Of a DNA stretch of 64,000 bases, positions 1 through 12,673 are shown piece by piece. Each line of letters opens with the position of its first letter. The first letter of the stretch is position 1. Under the pieces are notes generated by a model. It saw nothing but the letters and a program-made list of their open reading frames with translations, was not told where the DNA came from and made no database searches. The DNA comes from the human T2T-CHM13v2.0 reference genome, Homo sapiens: NCBI RefSeq assembly GCF_009914755.1, contig NC_060933.1. One strand, given 5' to 3'. The position numbers and the translations under genes were made by a program.

Positions 1-153
1 ACAGGCACATGACACCACACCCGGATAATTTCTTATGTTTTTTTAGTGACATGGACTTGCTATGTTGCCCAGGTTGGTCTCAAACTCCTGGCCTCAAGTG
101 ATCTCTCCTCAGCCTCCTAAAGTGCTGGGGTTACCGTTGTTACCATGCCTGCC
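1..153 (-). mobile_element. Alu (AluJ-like), left arm, cut by window edge
   Basis: Reverse-complement Alu motifs: ctatgttgcccaggttggtctcaaactcctggcctcaagtgat...aaagtgctgggg. Confidence 0.85.
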
Positions 154-2024
154 CTAACATTTCTCTTAATTACATGTTACATTCCTTGAGAATTAAGATC
201 CTGCCTCATTCACTTCGGAATGCCTAAAACCTAACACAGTACATAGGCACTGAAAAAATGTCTTTTGAACTAAAGTAAAATAAAATGAAATAAAAAGTAA
301 TTGGCTCCCTAAGGAAACTCATTTTTTGTTTGAAAATGTATTAAAATTTAATTTGGTCTTTATACCTCTCTCTCTCTTTCATCTAGCACGTGAACTAGCA
401 GTGCCACGTCGGAGATGTCTAGAAATTTGCATATTTGTGGTTATATATATTATATGGCTAAATACGTATAGAAATACACAAGTACAATTTTAAATATGTT
501 TATATTTTATGGTTTTTTTCCTGCATTGCAGGGAAAGTCTCCTGTAAGAGTGAATTGATAGCTTCAGTAGAAATCTCAATTTCTGTAACCTTTGATTTTC
601 CTATCATTTAATACTGAAAGCCAATATATTGCTAAAGCCATAACTTTACTTTATCTACTGAATTTCTGTAAGCTGTAGCTAGGGAGAGATATGAAAAAAA
701 ATAATGTGCCTAGGATGTGATTATTAATATACACAAGACCTGTCATGTAAGAATGACTAGAATGTTGTTAATATGACTTTCACAGAATACACATAGCTTC
801 TAAATGGTAACACAAATTACATCCAGTGTTCATATTACTGCTTGATGCTATTACCTAAGACAATATAAATTTTACACTCGAAGTAAGTTAGCTACAGCTT
901 TCAATAAAGATCAAGCTCTCTCATGCTGTTCCTCCTACAACAAAACTAATTAGGACATTACACCACTGACAGCTACAATCCTTAGGATGTTATGTAATCT
1001 GCTGGGATTCAACACTATTTTTCCCCATTAGCTTTTTCTGACTTGAAGAGAAAATCCTGGATTTGTTATTCTTTGACACTTTCACCAATGAAACATGAGC
1101 AGCACTATGTATATGAATATACATCTTTCCTGTAATTTCAGCTTCACAAATTCTTATTGAGTAATGAATTTAAAAGATAGTGAAAACCATAGAAGGGAAA
1201 AAGAAAATGCAAATCTAGTGATTATTTTACTTATTCCTTTGGAATAAGCTTTGATAGATAAATAATTTGGAAAATCATTGGCCTCAGGTCAAAGATATAT
1301 ATGAATATTGTTAGTGTTCGTATATTGCCACAATAATGACAGCTTATTTTCAGTTTTCTTCAGCTAATAGTTAGCTTAGGAAAAAAGATAAAACACACCT
1401 TTAAAAAGTATTCTCAATATGATTGACTCATTAGCATCATATTATTGAGTTAAGGGTTTCATTTGTCTTCACTGAGTTTTTGTTGGAATTTTTGTTTTCT
1501 TCCTCCACTGTCTTCTAATAAGAACATAAAATTGCATCTTTTTCCTTCAGTGAAATGTAACTTAAGACGCCTCCATATAAGTGGTATTTAGTGATGAAAT
1601 TATGTAGTAGAGACCCATTGTTCCAGTAAAAAAAAAAATGGCTTTTAGGATAAGACTTTAAAAAAATCATAAAATTTGGAGTTGTGAATTAGCTTTCATA
1701 AAGAAGGTATACAAGTCAAGAAGAGAATACTCAAATGTTTTGACATTCATTTAGTTTCAAAATACTTGGAAGTGAAACATGACACAACATTATCTTATGC
1801 ACAATTTTGAATCATTTGGAAAAAAGCTACAAATCTTTGTTTGAACTCTAAAAATAACTTTTTACTCATCTCCTCCTACTTAGCAAGTATATCTGTAACC
1901 AACAATAACACTTTTTATACTAGTCAATTTGCCCAAATATGTATTTTTTATTTTTCTAAGCTGCCTTATTTTTAGATTATGAAAAACATAATTATCAAAC
2001 TGCACTATTGATATTTATTAATAA

Positions 2025-2225
2025 ACAGTATGAACAGTGGAAAGAACATGGGTTTTAGAATCCTGATATTTAACAAGGGTATGAATTCCCACTTACTTAC
2101 TGGAGGGCCTAGAGCAAGGCATAAGTCTTTTCTGACTCATTAGTTAAGTGGGAAGAATAAGACCCATTCCTGGTATGAGATAACGTTTAGAAAATATTTG
2201 GTGTTTAGTAGGTAGTTAATATAGT
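2025..2225 (+). mobile_element. MIR SINE fragment
   Basis: cagtggaaagaacatgggttttagaatc...agcaaggcataag...aagtgggaagaataa resembles decayed MIR. Confidence 0.55.
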
Positions 2226-2506
2226 TTTCCTTTCTTTTGTTTTTCACTCTATTAAAAACCTAAGGGACTTTCTCTAGAACTTTTGTGGAACTATTTTATT
2301 CTATGTCTCTGCAATTCTTTTGTGTATCTTTTCTTCATGCTTTAATTGTAAAAGTTCCACACTTCATATTGCTATCATAAACTGCTTTTTTCTCTATATT
2401 ATACACTGTCTTGTGGCTTGTTTGAAAAATTTTTTTAAAAAGGACAATTTTAAAAATTTAAGTAATTTAAGTAGGTCTCAATAAAACACATTTTGTTATT
2501 ATATAT

Positions 2507-2560
2507 ATTTGAGTTTACCATGGTTAAAAGATAGATTTGGGTTTCCATGGTTAAAAGATA
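2507..2560. repeat. ~27-bp tandem duplication
   Basis: atttgagtttaccatggttaaaagatag followed by atttgggtttccatggttaaaagata. Confidence 0.85.
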
Positions 2561-3399
2561 TCACCTAAAACGTAAAAACATGCAATAAAAAACATGATAT
2601 ATAACACCTGTAGTTTATTTCAGCATTAGCAGTTTTATTGAACCCCCCCAGAAAATTCTAGCTACAGTTAATCCATTCAGTTTCTATTTAAAATAAAAAA
2701 GGGAAGAAAGAAAGGAAAGAAGGAAGAAACTTTTAAGAGATCAGAATTTTAAACAATGCGTTGATTAACATAGTTTGAAGGAAAGTATTTACACTTTTGG
2801 CAAACTGTATTCCTCACGAAATGCTCACAATTAGAAATAGTATTACATTTCTAAATGCATCGTAATTTTTTTGAATATTTCCTATGAGCTACGTTTACTT
2901 GATTACAACTAAATTAATAAATACACTTACAACTTTCCTCCTGTTAAAGATTCTCCTGTCTTCTCTAGAAACTGAATAAAATTAATCCTGATTTTCTAGC
3001 CATAATGTAATCTCATTGATGCATTTCATATTTATTATAAACATCTTTCTTTTTGAACCTCATGGGAATCACAATCTCCAAGTCAGTAGCTAAGGTGGAG
3101 AGAAAATAATGTGCATTACGTCCATATTCCTTTTATAGTCCACCTATGAAATACCCTTTTTTATATCATTTTCAGTCTCTGTGCACAAATTTTCTATTTT
3201 TGAGCACTGATGATTTTCATTAAATGGAAATATTGCTTTAATATTGGTTCACTGAGTTCTCTATTCTTAGACTAATTTTAATATCACTCATTCTTTTTAA
3301 ATGTATAAATTGTGTGCTATTACACAGTAATAAATGTGGCAGTAACAATAAATTGATTGCCTTCAATATTTAGAATTACAGATAGAAAGGGCATCGATT

Positions 3400-3680
3400 A
3401 CTAACATTTATCACATTATGTATTAAGCACAAAACTTACACTTAATCCTTTCAACAACCATGTAACATAGGTAACATTCTCTTGACTTTTTCCATGAAAA
3501 ATCTGATGTTTAGAGAGGTTGAGTGTGTTGCCAAGACGACAAGATAATCTATCTTTGCTATCCTCCAATATATTGATTAACCTGAAATAATTTGGTTGTG
3601 CTCACACAGCTAGTGAGAAGTAGAGCCAGCATATATATAAGGTGAGTATTTCTAGATTTCAAATATTTGTGTTCAACTAT
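3400..3680 (-). mobile_element. MIR SINE fragments
   Basis: aatcctttcaacaaccatgtaacataggt...agagaggttgagtgtgttgccaag, and ctcacacagctagtgagaagtagagccag. Confidence 0.6.
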
Positions 3681-3876
3681 CAGCTCAACCATTTAGAGCT
3701 CTGCTTTCTGACTCAAGGCATACAATTTATTCCAATTTTCTGATTACTCACATGCAGACTCTATGGTTAACAAGCTTCTCGTCTTTTGGATAAATAGTAA
3801 GAAAATACTTCACACTTTCCATATGTATGTAAATATTTCATGAAATGCAAAGAACCTACAAAATGATGGGCCACCA

Positions 3877-4178
3877 GCCGGGCGCCGTAGCTCACGCCTG
3901 TAATCGCAGAACTTTGGGAGGCAGAGGTGGGAGGATCATGAGGTCAGGAGATCGAGACCATCCTGGCTAACACGGTGAAACCCCGTCTCTACTAAAAATA
4001 CAAAAAATTAGCCGGGCGAGGTGGCAGGCCCCTGTAGTCCCAGCTACTAGGGAGGCTGAGACAGGAGAATGGCGTGAACCCGGGAGGCGGAGCTTGCAGT
4101 GAGCCGAGATTGGCGCCACTGCGCTCCAGCCTGGGCAACGGAGCGAGACTCCGTGTCAAAAAAAAAAAAAAAAAAAAA
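3877..4178 (+). mobile_element. AluY, full length
   Basis: AluY diagnostics (gagatcgagaccatcctggctaacacgg; gagaatggcgtgaacccgggaggcggagcttgcag), poly(A), TSD gatgggccacca (3865-3876) / gatgggccatca (4179-4190). Confidence 0.97.
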
Positions 4179-4214
4179 GATGGGCCATCATATTCAGTAT
4201 TTAATCGGTAGGCA

Positions 4215-5285
4215 CAAACAGCTCTTGCATTGTATGGTAGTGCAATACTATTAAAATGATCAAGAAAGCTGAAAAAACACAAATAATTCTCAATAATCAA
4301 TGGAAAAAATTATGATTTTTTCATGGCTTTAAGGAAATTTTTTTCAAAAATTAAAAACCCTGTCAGTTAAACATGTATGAAGAAATGAAAAAATAATAAT
4401 AAAATGAATTATTTCTTTAGCATAATATTACTTAAAATACTGCCAACACTGAGAATTCAAAGTATTTTATTTCGTTGCAAAAACTTACACAAATTAGTTT
4501 AAACAGTGTTTGCCTTCTTCTTCTCATCAAGTAACTTACAGTATAGACTGAGAATCCTTTTTATGCCTTGGCAAATTGTCATGCTCATTTTTATCTTTGG
4601 ATCAGTTTTTAACAATTTATCCTTTGCACTTTCAATATTGTGAAGTATCTCCAAAGATTTCTTTAATGCGAGTTTTGGCTGACATCACTTCACCTCGGAC
4701 AGCTTCATCTTTTCCAACACAACCGCTTTCCTCGTTTATGCCAGTAAAGTTCACCTATACTCACTTCTCTAGCTGCATACCTAGAATCTCTCATAAATGC
4801 AGCATTATTAACATTCTGATGGCTAGCTATTTCTTTTGTAACTCCATTTACACTCAATTTAAATTTCACGTTCAGTGTTTATTATTTTTTGTTTCTTTGT
4901 TACTTTCATTTTTGGGTGAGCTTCCTCTTTTGATTATCCATTTTCATAAAATGTCACATGAATTTATCTTTGGGAGACAAGGAAGCACCACAACTGCACA
5001 TTTTGCTACCTCTGCGTGAAGTGAATAGCAGATGCACCATGACCAATCACCAATAGACTTTTAAAGTAGTGATGTGATTTGCCACTGCTCATGATGCACG
5101 TTGGTTATTTATGTAGTGACTTGTGGGTGGAATAGCTAGCAGCAAAATACCTTATGCAATTACTCACAGTTAATATACCATGGCAACTGAAATTTTCACC
5201 ATTATCTTTGAAGACTTGTGTTGTGTAACTAAACTGTGGTGACTGAATTCATGCGTATCAAACTGAGAAAAATTAAGACTATCTG
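4215..5285 (-). mobile_element. TcMar-Tigger non-autonomous DNA transposon (Tigger6a-like), near complete
   Basis: Decayed TIRs (caaacagctcttgcattgtatgg ... aagactatctg) with ca/ta flanks. The interior matches the recalled Tigger6a consensus in reverse (gaccaatcacc, gcaattactcacagttaatataccatggcaactgaaattt), including a transposase N-terminal remnant. Confidence 0.75.
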
Positions 5286-5432
5286 TATTTGAGTAGCTCT
5301 TTAAAATACACATAATTTTTTAAAGTGTGTATTATTTTGCTCTTCATGATAACCATAGATAGAGTATATATTTCCAAGATAAATTAAAATATATTTTAAG
5401 ATTTAGACATTAACAAAAAATATGGCTTTTAT

Positions 5433-5610
5433 AGCTGGGTGAGCCATGTCATATTTGGTGGTGGCACATGCCTGTAGTCCCAGCTACTCAGGAGGCTGAC
5501 GTGAGAGGATGGCTTGAGCCAAGCAGATCCAGGCTGCAGTGAGCTATGATTCTGCCACTGTACTCCAGGCTGAGCAAAAGAATGAGATTTCATTTCTTTT
5601 AAAAATAAAG
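5433..5610 (+). mobile_element. Alu right monomer (FRAM/AluJ-like)
   Basis: ggtggcacatgcctgtagtcccagctactcaggaggctga...gaggatggcttgagcc...gcagtgagctatgatt; single arm. Confidence 0.85.
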
Positions 5611-5687
5611 TAGCATGTAACTTTATGGAAATAAGTTAATAGAAATATTTATAGCATCCATAACTTATACAACTTCAATGTTAAATA

Positions 5688-5741
5688 TTCAGTCAAGGGA
5701 TATGTTATTCTAAGTTCAGTCAAGGGGTATGTTATTCTAAC
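5688..5741. repeat. 27-bp tandem duplication
   Basis: ttcagtcaagggatatgttattctaag / ttcagtcaaggggtatgttattctaac. Confidence 0.9.
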
Positions 5742-5894
5742 AGGCCTATAACCTACTCAGTAGTCTTTGCAATGCTGCAGTCACTTTAAGGGGCAGCAAT
5801 TTAACATCAGAAGATTTTCTGGGTCTAAATACCACAATTATTCCTCCAAGCCAAAGGATCTGAACACATTTTCTGAGACAGTAATCACTGAACC

Positions 5895-6043
5895 TTTTTT
5901 ATTGTGGCATATGTGTTGGATACTATGCATTCATTATTTTGAATCTCAAGAATAATGCTGCAAGGTAGGCATTAAGTATTATCTATAATTTACAGACAAG
6001 GAAATAAAAGTCCAGAGTCATTAGGTAATTTGCCCAAAGTTAC
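5895..6043 (-). mobile_element. MIR SINE fragment
   Basis: MIR core in reverse: aggtagg...atttacagacaaggaaata...taatttgcccaaagttac. Confidence 0.7.
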
Positions 6044-8236
6044 CTCCTCATGTCTCTGGCCTATAAATCAGGCTTTCCTTTTTAAGGGAAATACTGCTCT
6101 TCCCAGGTTGAATAAGCTTTCCAAGGAATGCATAAAAATAAATTAATTGATGGATCCTACCTAGAAATATGGGATTAAAACCAATTATCATTAGCAAATC
6201 AAGAAGCGTGGTTAATATCTACCTTATAGCACATGGAAGTCTAAGGAGCAGTTTGGTTCTTCCAGATCCTCTCTGGTGCTAAATAGGCATAAATCTGGTC
6301 TAAATGTGACTCTATTCCTCTTCTTTTCCCACCCTTTCTCAATTCAACTAAATATAATGAGGGATTAAAAGCTTTTCAGAGCTTTTATATCACAGACACT
6401 CTGCAGAAATGAGCTCACTGTATTTTATAGAAATACAAAGACTTCCCATTTATAGTAGCTTATTTCTCTGTGTATTTGTTTTAAGATCATTGCTCATCTT
6501 TCTGTAACAGATCAACTTATTTTTAAAAACTGATCTAAGTTACAGTTGTAATTTCTTGAAATGCAATATATTCTGAGAAAAGAAAAATCAAAAGAATGTA
6601 ACTTATTGTAATTTTGCCATACAACATTACCTTCCAATTTTCTGTGAAATATAAAATTTTCTTTCAATTTTGAAATATAACAGATTGCATCTTTTTAATT
6701 ACCACAGTAAATGTGGAGGTAAGGAGCTGCATTTGAATTTTTTGACTAAATGTCTCCAAAACCAATAGAAAAGAGTAAGCCTCTTGAAGAGTGTGGATAG
6801 ATACATGAGAATTTTCTCAACATATTTTTAAAATGTTGGGACTATGAAGTTGAGGAACTATGTTTATCACTTAATAAAGGCTATTTTAAAGCAAAAATAC
6901 AATATAAATATTTATTACTATTTTCTCCTATAGTTATCTTACAGCTTATTTTTTGACAATATACACTTCTTCAGCTTCTCCCACCCCACCTATAAGCTTA
7001 TCTGCAACAATCCCATCATTACGTCTTTCTTTCTTTTTGCCAGGATGTCATTCTTCTTGTCTACAGTTAACCCTTTAGCCTGTGCCCTGGATCACATTCT
7101 CTGATTTTCTCTTGGCTCATGTTGCACCAATTTTCCTTTCATTCTTCTGCATCTTTCACTATTCTTACTCTTTATTCTTGGTCATTGTCATATGCAGTAG
7201 CTCAAGTCTTTATCATAGAAAACCTTTCATCGACCATATAACATCCTTAACTTATTTTCTCTTCTTCTCTCCTCAGCCAAGATTCTTGAAAGTATTGTTT
7301 ACAATACAGTAATCTTTTTGTTTAATGGAATTAAATTCCTTCTGAAACTGGATTCTGCTTTTAACATCACACTGAATTTGCTCCAGAAAAAAATCATCAG
7401 TAACCTCTGTACATACCATGTATATCAAATCTGGTCTTTCTGGACATTTCTCCATCGTTGGACCCTGGAGATGATTTTTTTTTTCGACAGCTCCCTTTTC
7501 CACTGCTTCTATGATGAATTTCCTTGGTCTTATTCCTAAAATTTCCACTCCTTTCAAACTGCATTTTTACACTTTGACTTTTATGTTTTGTTTTCCTTGG
7601 CTTTCTACTATTCTCATTTTACACAAACTTCTAAATGATCTTATTCTGATTTATTTCTTCATCTGATGTAGATGTGATGGAAATCACCTCTGTCCAGACC
7701 TTTCTCCTAAGCTGTAAATCAGCACAATAAAATACCTCTTGTACAAAGTCAGTCCCTTTAATCTCTTTTAACCTCTTCCCTTGAAAGCTGCTTCTCCTCA
7801 TGTTCTCTTTTTCTTAGTTGATTCTACTGCTATCTACCCAGTCCCCCAAGTCAATAATGTCATTGTTTTCTTCTTAACTCATCACTTTTCTTCATTTTTC
7901 ACAGCTACTCAGTTATCAGTGTCTGTTAGTTCTACACCTAAATGTATCTCAAATATGCCTCCTCTATATTCGCACTTCCATTGCCTCAGTGAGGTCCTTA
8001 TTATTTTGGAAGTTGATATCTGCAATGGCTTTGACCTTTATCTACTTCCTCCCCTAAATCTATCTTCACACTGCTTTTGGAATGATTTTTTTTTTTTTTA
8101 AACACAAACTTTTTCGAGCTTAAAGTCTACCAGTTGCTCCCACTTGCATTTAGGATAAGTTTAGACTTTCTCATCTGGTTGGACCAGGATTTTTCTCTAC
8201 CCTGCCTGCCTTCCAGCTTCTTCTCCTGCTGTGGAG

Positions 8237-8334
8237 ATAATGCCGCAAGGTAGGCATTAAGCACTACCACACATTTAAGAAAGGAAATAGAGGCCCAGAG
8301 TCTCTGGGAAACTTGCTTGAACTCATATAATTAG
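8237..8334 (-). mobile_element. MIR fragment embedded in L2
   Basis: aggtaggc...catttaagaaaggaaatagaggcccagag...aacttgcttgaactca. Confidence 0.65.
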
Positions 8335-8546
8335 GAGGTTCTCCTATGGTCCTCCTGTGAGGGTACATGCATTATTTTTACCAGTCCTGTGAATCTACTG
8401 CTAAGTCTTCAAAGCATAGTGCTCTTTCACACTTACGTGATTTAAGCAAGGCCTTTCTCTTGCTGGAATATTCTTCCTCACATATCCACTTCACTGCATT
8501 CAAGACACAGCTCCAGAGTCATCCCTTCTCAAAAGCACTCCCTAGA

Positions 8547-8853
8547 GGCCGGGTGTGGTGGCTCACGCCTGTAATCCCAGCACACTGGGAGGCTGAGGCA
8601 GTTGGATCACTTGAGGCCAGGAATTTGAGACTAGCCTGGCCAACATGGTAAAACCCTGTCTCTACTAAAAATAACAACAAAAAAAAAAATAGCTGAGTGT
8701 GGTGCTGCGTGCCTGTAGTCCCAGCTACTGGGGAAACTGAGGCCAGAGAATCGTGTGAATCCAAGAGGTGGAGGTTGCTGTGAGCCAGATCGCACCGCTG
8801 CCCTCCAGCCTGGGTGAGAGAGCAACGCTCCGTCTCAAAACAAACAAACAAAC
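8547..8853 (+). mobile_element. AluS (old, Sz-like), full length
   Basis: ggccgggtgtggtggctcacgcctgtaatccc..., (aaac)n tail, TSD agcactcccta (8534-8544) / agcattcccta (8856-8866). Confidence 0.93.
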
Positions 8854-11289
8854 TCAGCATTCCCTAATATTTCAATGATGAGATAGGTGCTCCTGCTTCA
8901 TGCTGCTTCTATTTCAATGACAGTTAAATATCCCTTGGTTTTAGCATTTTTTCCACTTTTATTGTGATCCTCCACTTATCCCCCCTCCTAACAGTAAGTC
9001 CTCAACCACTGTATGTATCTCACCTCTGTGCCTCTTGCAGTGTGCACAGTTTCTGGAATTTGATAAGGCATCAGTTCTGGATTTCTCTAATTATTAATTT
9101 TAATCCACTGAAAGGTAGAGATAAATCATTGCTTTCTCTTATTTGGAAAATGAGAACTTGGGCCTACATTATCACTATGTGATACTATGATTACAACTTC
9201 TTTGTATTTCTGTGAAGTTCTGTATCTGTACATATTCTTGGAATATGCAAACATTGCAGGCCCTGAAACGTAGTGCACTTGGCTTATGTTTAATTTCTTT
9301 AGTACACAAAAATACTGATTAATTTTACTATTGTGATGTATGTACCTGAGTTTATATGTGTTCACAACAGGCAAGACAGACAAAAGTACAAAGTATACAA
9401 AAAATAATTTGAATTTATTGGTGTGTACATTAGGCTGTCAATCTGAGGCTCAAGCAACTAGTAAGGTCAGTGAAGTAAATGAAACTGTAGGCCAGTTTGG
9501 TGGATAAAGAAAACAAAGACTGAACACTTTAAGTTAGTAATTTTGCTGAATTGATTAAATTATTTATTTGATCAATTTGATCAAGATCATCTATGTCTAG
9601 AAAGCTTATGGACTCATATATATTATTACATAGTCATTGAGAACATTAAAACAACAAAAATATTTATTTTAAAAAGAAGGACATATAGAACTAAATAATC
9701 ATGCAGATTTCCATCTAGGCTGTCACATTCAGATACCTGGAATCTAAAAAGAGACAGAGACTTGAAAAAGAAATTTAGACTAAAATAAAAAATGATCTGA
9801 CTCAAGTTCTCTTGCTATCGTAATGTGCAGCATATTTAAACATAAAGAAATTTCTCAAAATCAAATTTTGTAGGCATTCTGTTTACAGGTTTTGCCCAAT
9901 CTGGGTAGTAGATTCTTGATTCTGATGGAAAACTGAGGTCCACTATTTCCAGGTATAAACATATAACAATAGAATATTAACTCAAAAGCATGTAAAGATG
10001 GAATTCATAATATGTAATGGGAACAATATAACATTTTCTTATCGATTTGCAGAGGCATATTACTGTATATGAACAGGATTTATGAAGACTTATATAGCTG
10101 CATAAATAGGTAAATAAAATGGGAATAAAAGTAAATTCAGAAAAGCAAGATAGAGGCAGTAATGTGTTGAACACACAAAACATAGAAAACAAGGCCCTGC
10201 ATCCTTGCTCAAGGAAGACATAAAATTAATTCTAAGTTCTCTAGATGTGACAGAAGAAAATAAAATCAATAACGCCAGCCACAGCACCTATAGTGTAGAA
10301 ACAAGCCAATTGTTTAAGAAAGACAATTATTCCAGTAAATGGTAAAATGCATTTACCTTATAGGTTTTCCTAGAGAGGATTCCATATTATATAATAACAT
10401 AATTAACGACAGACTGATAGTAAATACAACGTTGACTGTTATGGAGCTATTTTTAATATGGTATTCAATATAGCTTAATAGTATTATGACACAGTTAAAA
10501 TCAGTAAAATTACTTCAGTAGAGGGATCAACTTAATGTGCTCTCTACATGTGATATCTTTCTGTCCAGCTTCACAAAAAAAGAAGTTTTAAAGTGAAGAC
10601 CTCAAAATAACATTTATGCAAAAGTTCAGGCAAGTAAGAGAAATTAGGGCAAGATAAGTAGAAATTAAATATCTGTGAGAGCCTATCTAAACTAAAGAGA
10701 TTTAAATATAATTTGTAACAATAATAACCTGTGGAGACCCAAGAAAGCAGGCCTGGAAATGAAGACCAGGTTTGGCCATCAGTTGCAAATTCTGTTTTGG
10801 TGAACTAAGATGAGCGACTACTTTGTCTATATTCCAAAAATACTGCATAATTATTGTTTATCTTAGCCAATCTTCTGAAAGTTATTGAAAAATAATAATG
10901 TCAAGATTTTACTCCCTGGCAAATACCTAAAGTCTAGCTGTTCAGTGCTATTAGTAAAACAGAGTCTTATGCATTATCAAATAGATTAACTAGGGTGGAA
11001 GGGATATTGCCTGTAAAAATAGAGAAGAAAAAATTAAGCATGAACCTGAATAGAGGGATTTCTGGTTGGAGTGCTAAAATTCCTCTTGGAATCTGATTTT
11101 GAACTTTTTAGGCATAATTAAAAAGTTCTTAAAATAGAAAAATTGTAGCTATGATAGAACATAAGAAACATTCTTGGTGGATCAGAAATTGTATGATTCT
11201 CCAAAAGATAGAACATAGAGTTGTATAAAGAAGAAAAATCAGTGAAAACTTAAAATGCCAACAATAGAGAGAAAACCTAGGGAGACCTT

Positions 11290-11500
11290 CAGGTTGTGTG
11301 GACTCAAATCCCGGCTGTGCTTTCTTCTTAGTGTGTGACTTGAACAAATTAGAGAACTTTTCTCTGCTTCATTTTTTTCTACTTACAAAGTCATGGTAAA
11401 ATTAGCTACTCACAGAGTTGCTGTGACAATTAAATGTGTATGTAAAGCACTTAAAAGAGTGTCAGGTCCAATCTAAGCACTCTATCTCTATAACTATTAA
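11290..11500 (+). mobile_element. MIR SINE
   Basis: tcaaatcccggct...gtgtgacttgaacaa...cacagagttgctgtgacaattaaatg...atgtaaagcactta. Confidence 0.8.
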
Positions 11501-11678
11501 TCATCAGTATGTTATTTTTGCAGCTATTAATAACAATATTATCTTAAAAATGAAAAGCAGGCAATAATATACTTTTAAATAGGAACTGGTAAATTCCTAG
11601 TCAAAGTACAGTGTTATTACCTGGATTCTTGATCAAACAATAGATACGAAGACAAAAGAAGTTATAGATTATTAAATT

Positions 11679-12110
11679 TGTTTTAGTTATCTATGGTTAT
11701 ATAATGGCTAAAAGCAAAAGAGATTTATTATTTCTCATAGTTTTGAGGGTCAGGAACTTGGGAAGGGATTGGCTAAATCTCTTCCTTCTCTTCCATGGAC
11801 CTCAAGAGAATGCCTGCTCTTCAGGTCAATGAAGTATCACTGGGAGCACTCACAAATCCACTTCATGTAAAGGCTTGGCTAGAGAAGAAGGTGCAAGAAG
11901 ACATCATCACATGCTGTACATCTCAGTGCACCTTTACTAGAGCTTCCCCTCTGTTTTCACATGTTGTCTTCTCAATCACTGATTTAGCCCAAATTTGTTG
12001 AAGGTATTTGCTATTTCTCTGAGTATAAGTAGAAGCTGTCAAGCCTACCACAGGTTAGGCCTAGAATTGCCACAGTGTTGCTTCTGCCTCATTTTATTGG
12101 TCAAGGGGAG
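11679..12110 (-). mobile_element. MaLR LTR (old MLT1 family), decayed
   Basis: tgttttagttatctat...atttattatttctcatagttttgagggtcaggaacttgggaagg ... cttctgcctcattttattggtcaa. Confidence 0.6.
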
Positions 12111-12165
12111 AAACTGATGTGACCTGCTTTGGAGAGTCTCAACCATAAGTCATTTAAAAGGATGA

Positions 12166-12440
12166 GGTGGCTCACGCCTGTAATCCCAGCACTTTGGGAG
12201 GCCGAGGCTGGCAGATCACAAGGTGAGGAGTTGAAGACCAGTCTGGCCAACATGGTGAAACCCTGTGTCTACTGAAAATACAAAAATTAGCTGAGTGTGG
12301 TGGCATGCGCTTGTAATCCCAGCTACTCGGAGGCTGAGGCAGGAGAATCACTTGAACCCGGGAGGCGAAGGTTGCAGTAAGCTGAGATCACACCACTGTC
12401 TGGTGACAGAGTGAGACTCCGTCAAAAAAAAAAAAAAGAA
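12166..12440 (+). mobile_element. AluS (AluSg-like)
   Basis: ggtggctcacgcctgtaatcccagcactttgggaggccgagg...gatcacaagg..., poly(A). First ~10 nt missing; small internal deletion near the 3' end. Confidence 0.93.
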
Positions 12441-12673
12441 AGTTGATCATGTGTATATGTATGATATACATGTGAATGTATGCATTCTCAGCAGTCTATA
12501 TGGTTTGTGTAGCTCCTATTAAAAAAATACGGAGAATGAAGACAATGAAGACACTTCTGAAATACACACGAAACATTAAAAAAAAACCATATACTAAATC
12601 ACAAAGTAATGAATCACAAAGTATGATGTCATAGGAGTTTTATTCACTGAACACAACACAATTAAAAATTTAC

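Larger units (their letters stand above)
7020..9075 (+). mobile_element. L2 LINE (decayed), interrupted by a MIR-like segment and an Alu
   Basis: Pyrimidine-rich L2 sense motifs (tccagacctttctcctaagctg, ctatctacccagtcccccaagtca, ctggaatattcttcc, ttcaagacacagctc) and a decayed L2 3' end near 9000-9075. Confidence 0.65.

Noticed and set aside
360-890. Possible exon(s) from acceptors at 386 or 530 to donor gaa|gtaagt at 882
   Set aside because: Pairing is ambiguous, the interior is very AT-rich, and such sites are common by chance.
3992-4300. 102-aa ORF, and similar ORFs at 8519-8860, 14611-14880, 26264-26700 and 41076-41378
   Set aside because: They are typical Alu-derived translations ([19 protein letters not shown]..., [12 protein letters not shown]...), not genes.
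4576-5019. 147-aa ORF, the longest non-L1 ORF
   Set aside because: Non-ATG start, entirely within and antisense to the Tigger6a-like element, no recognisable domain.
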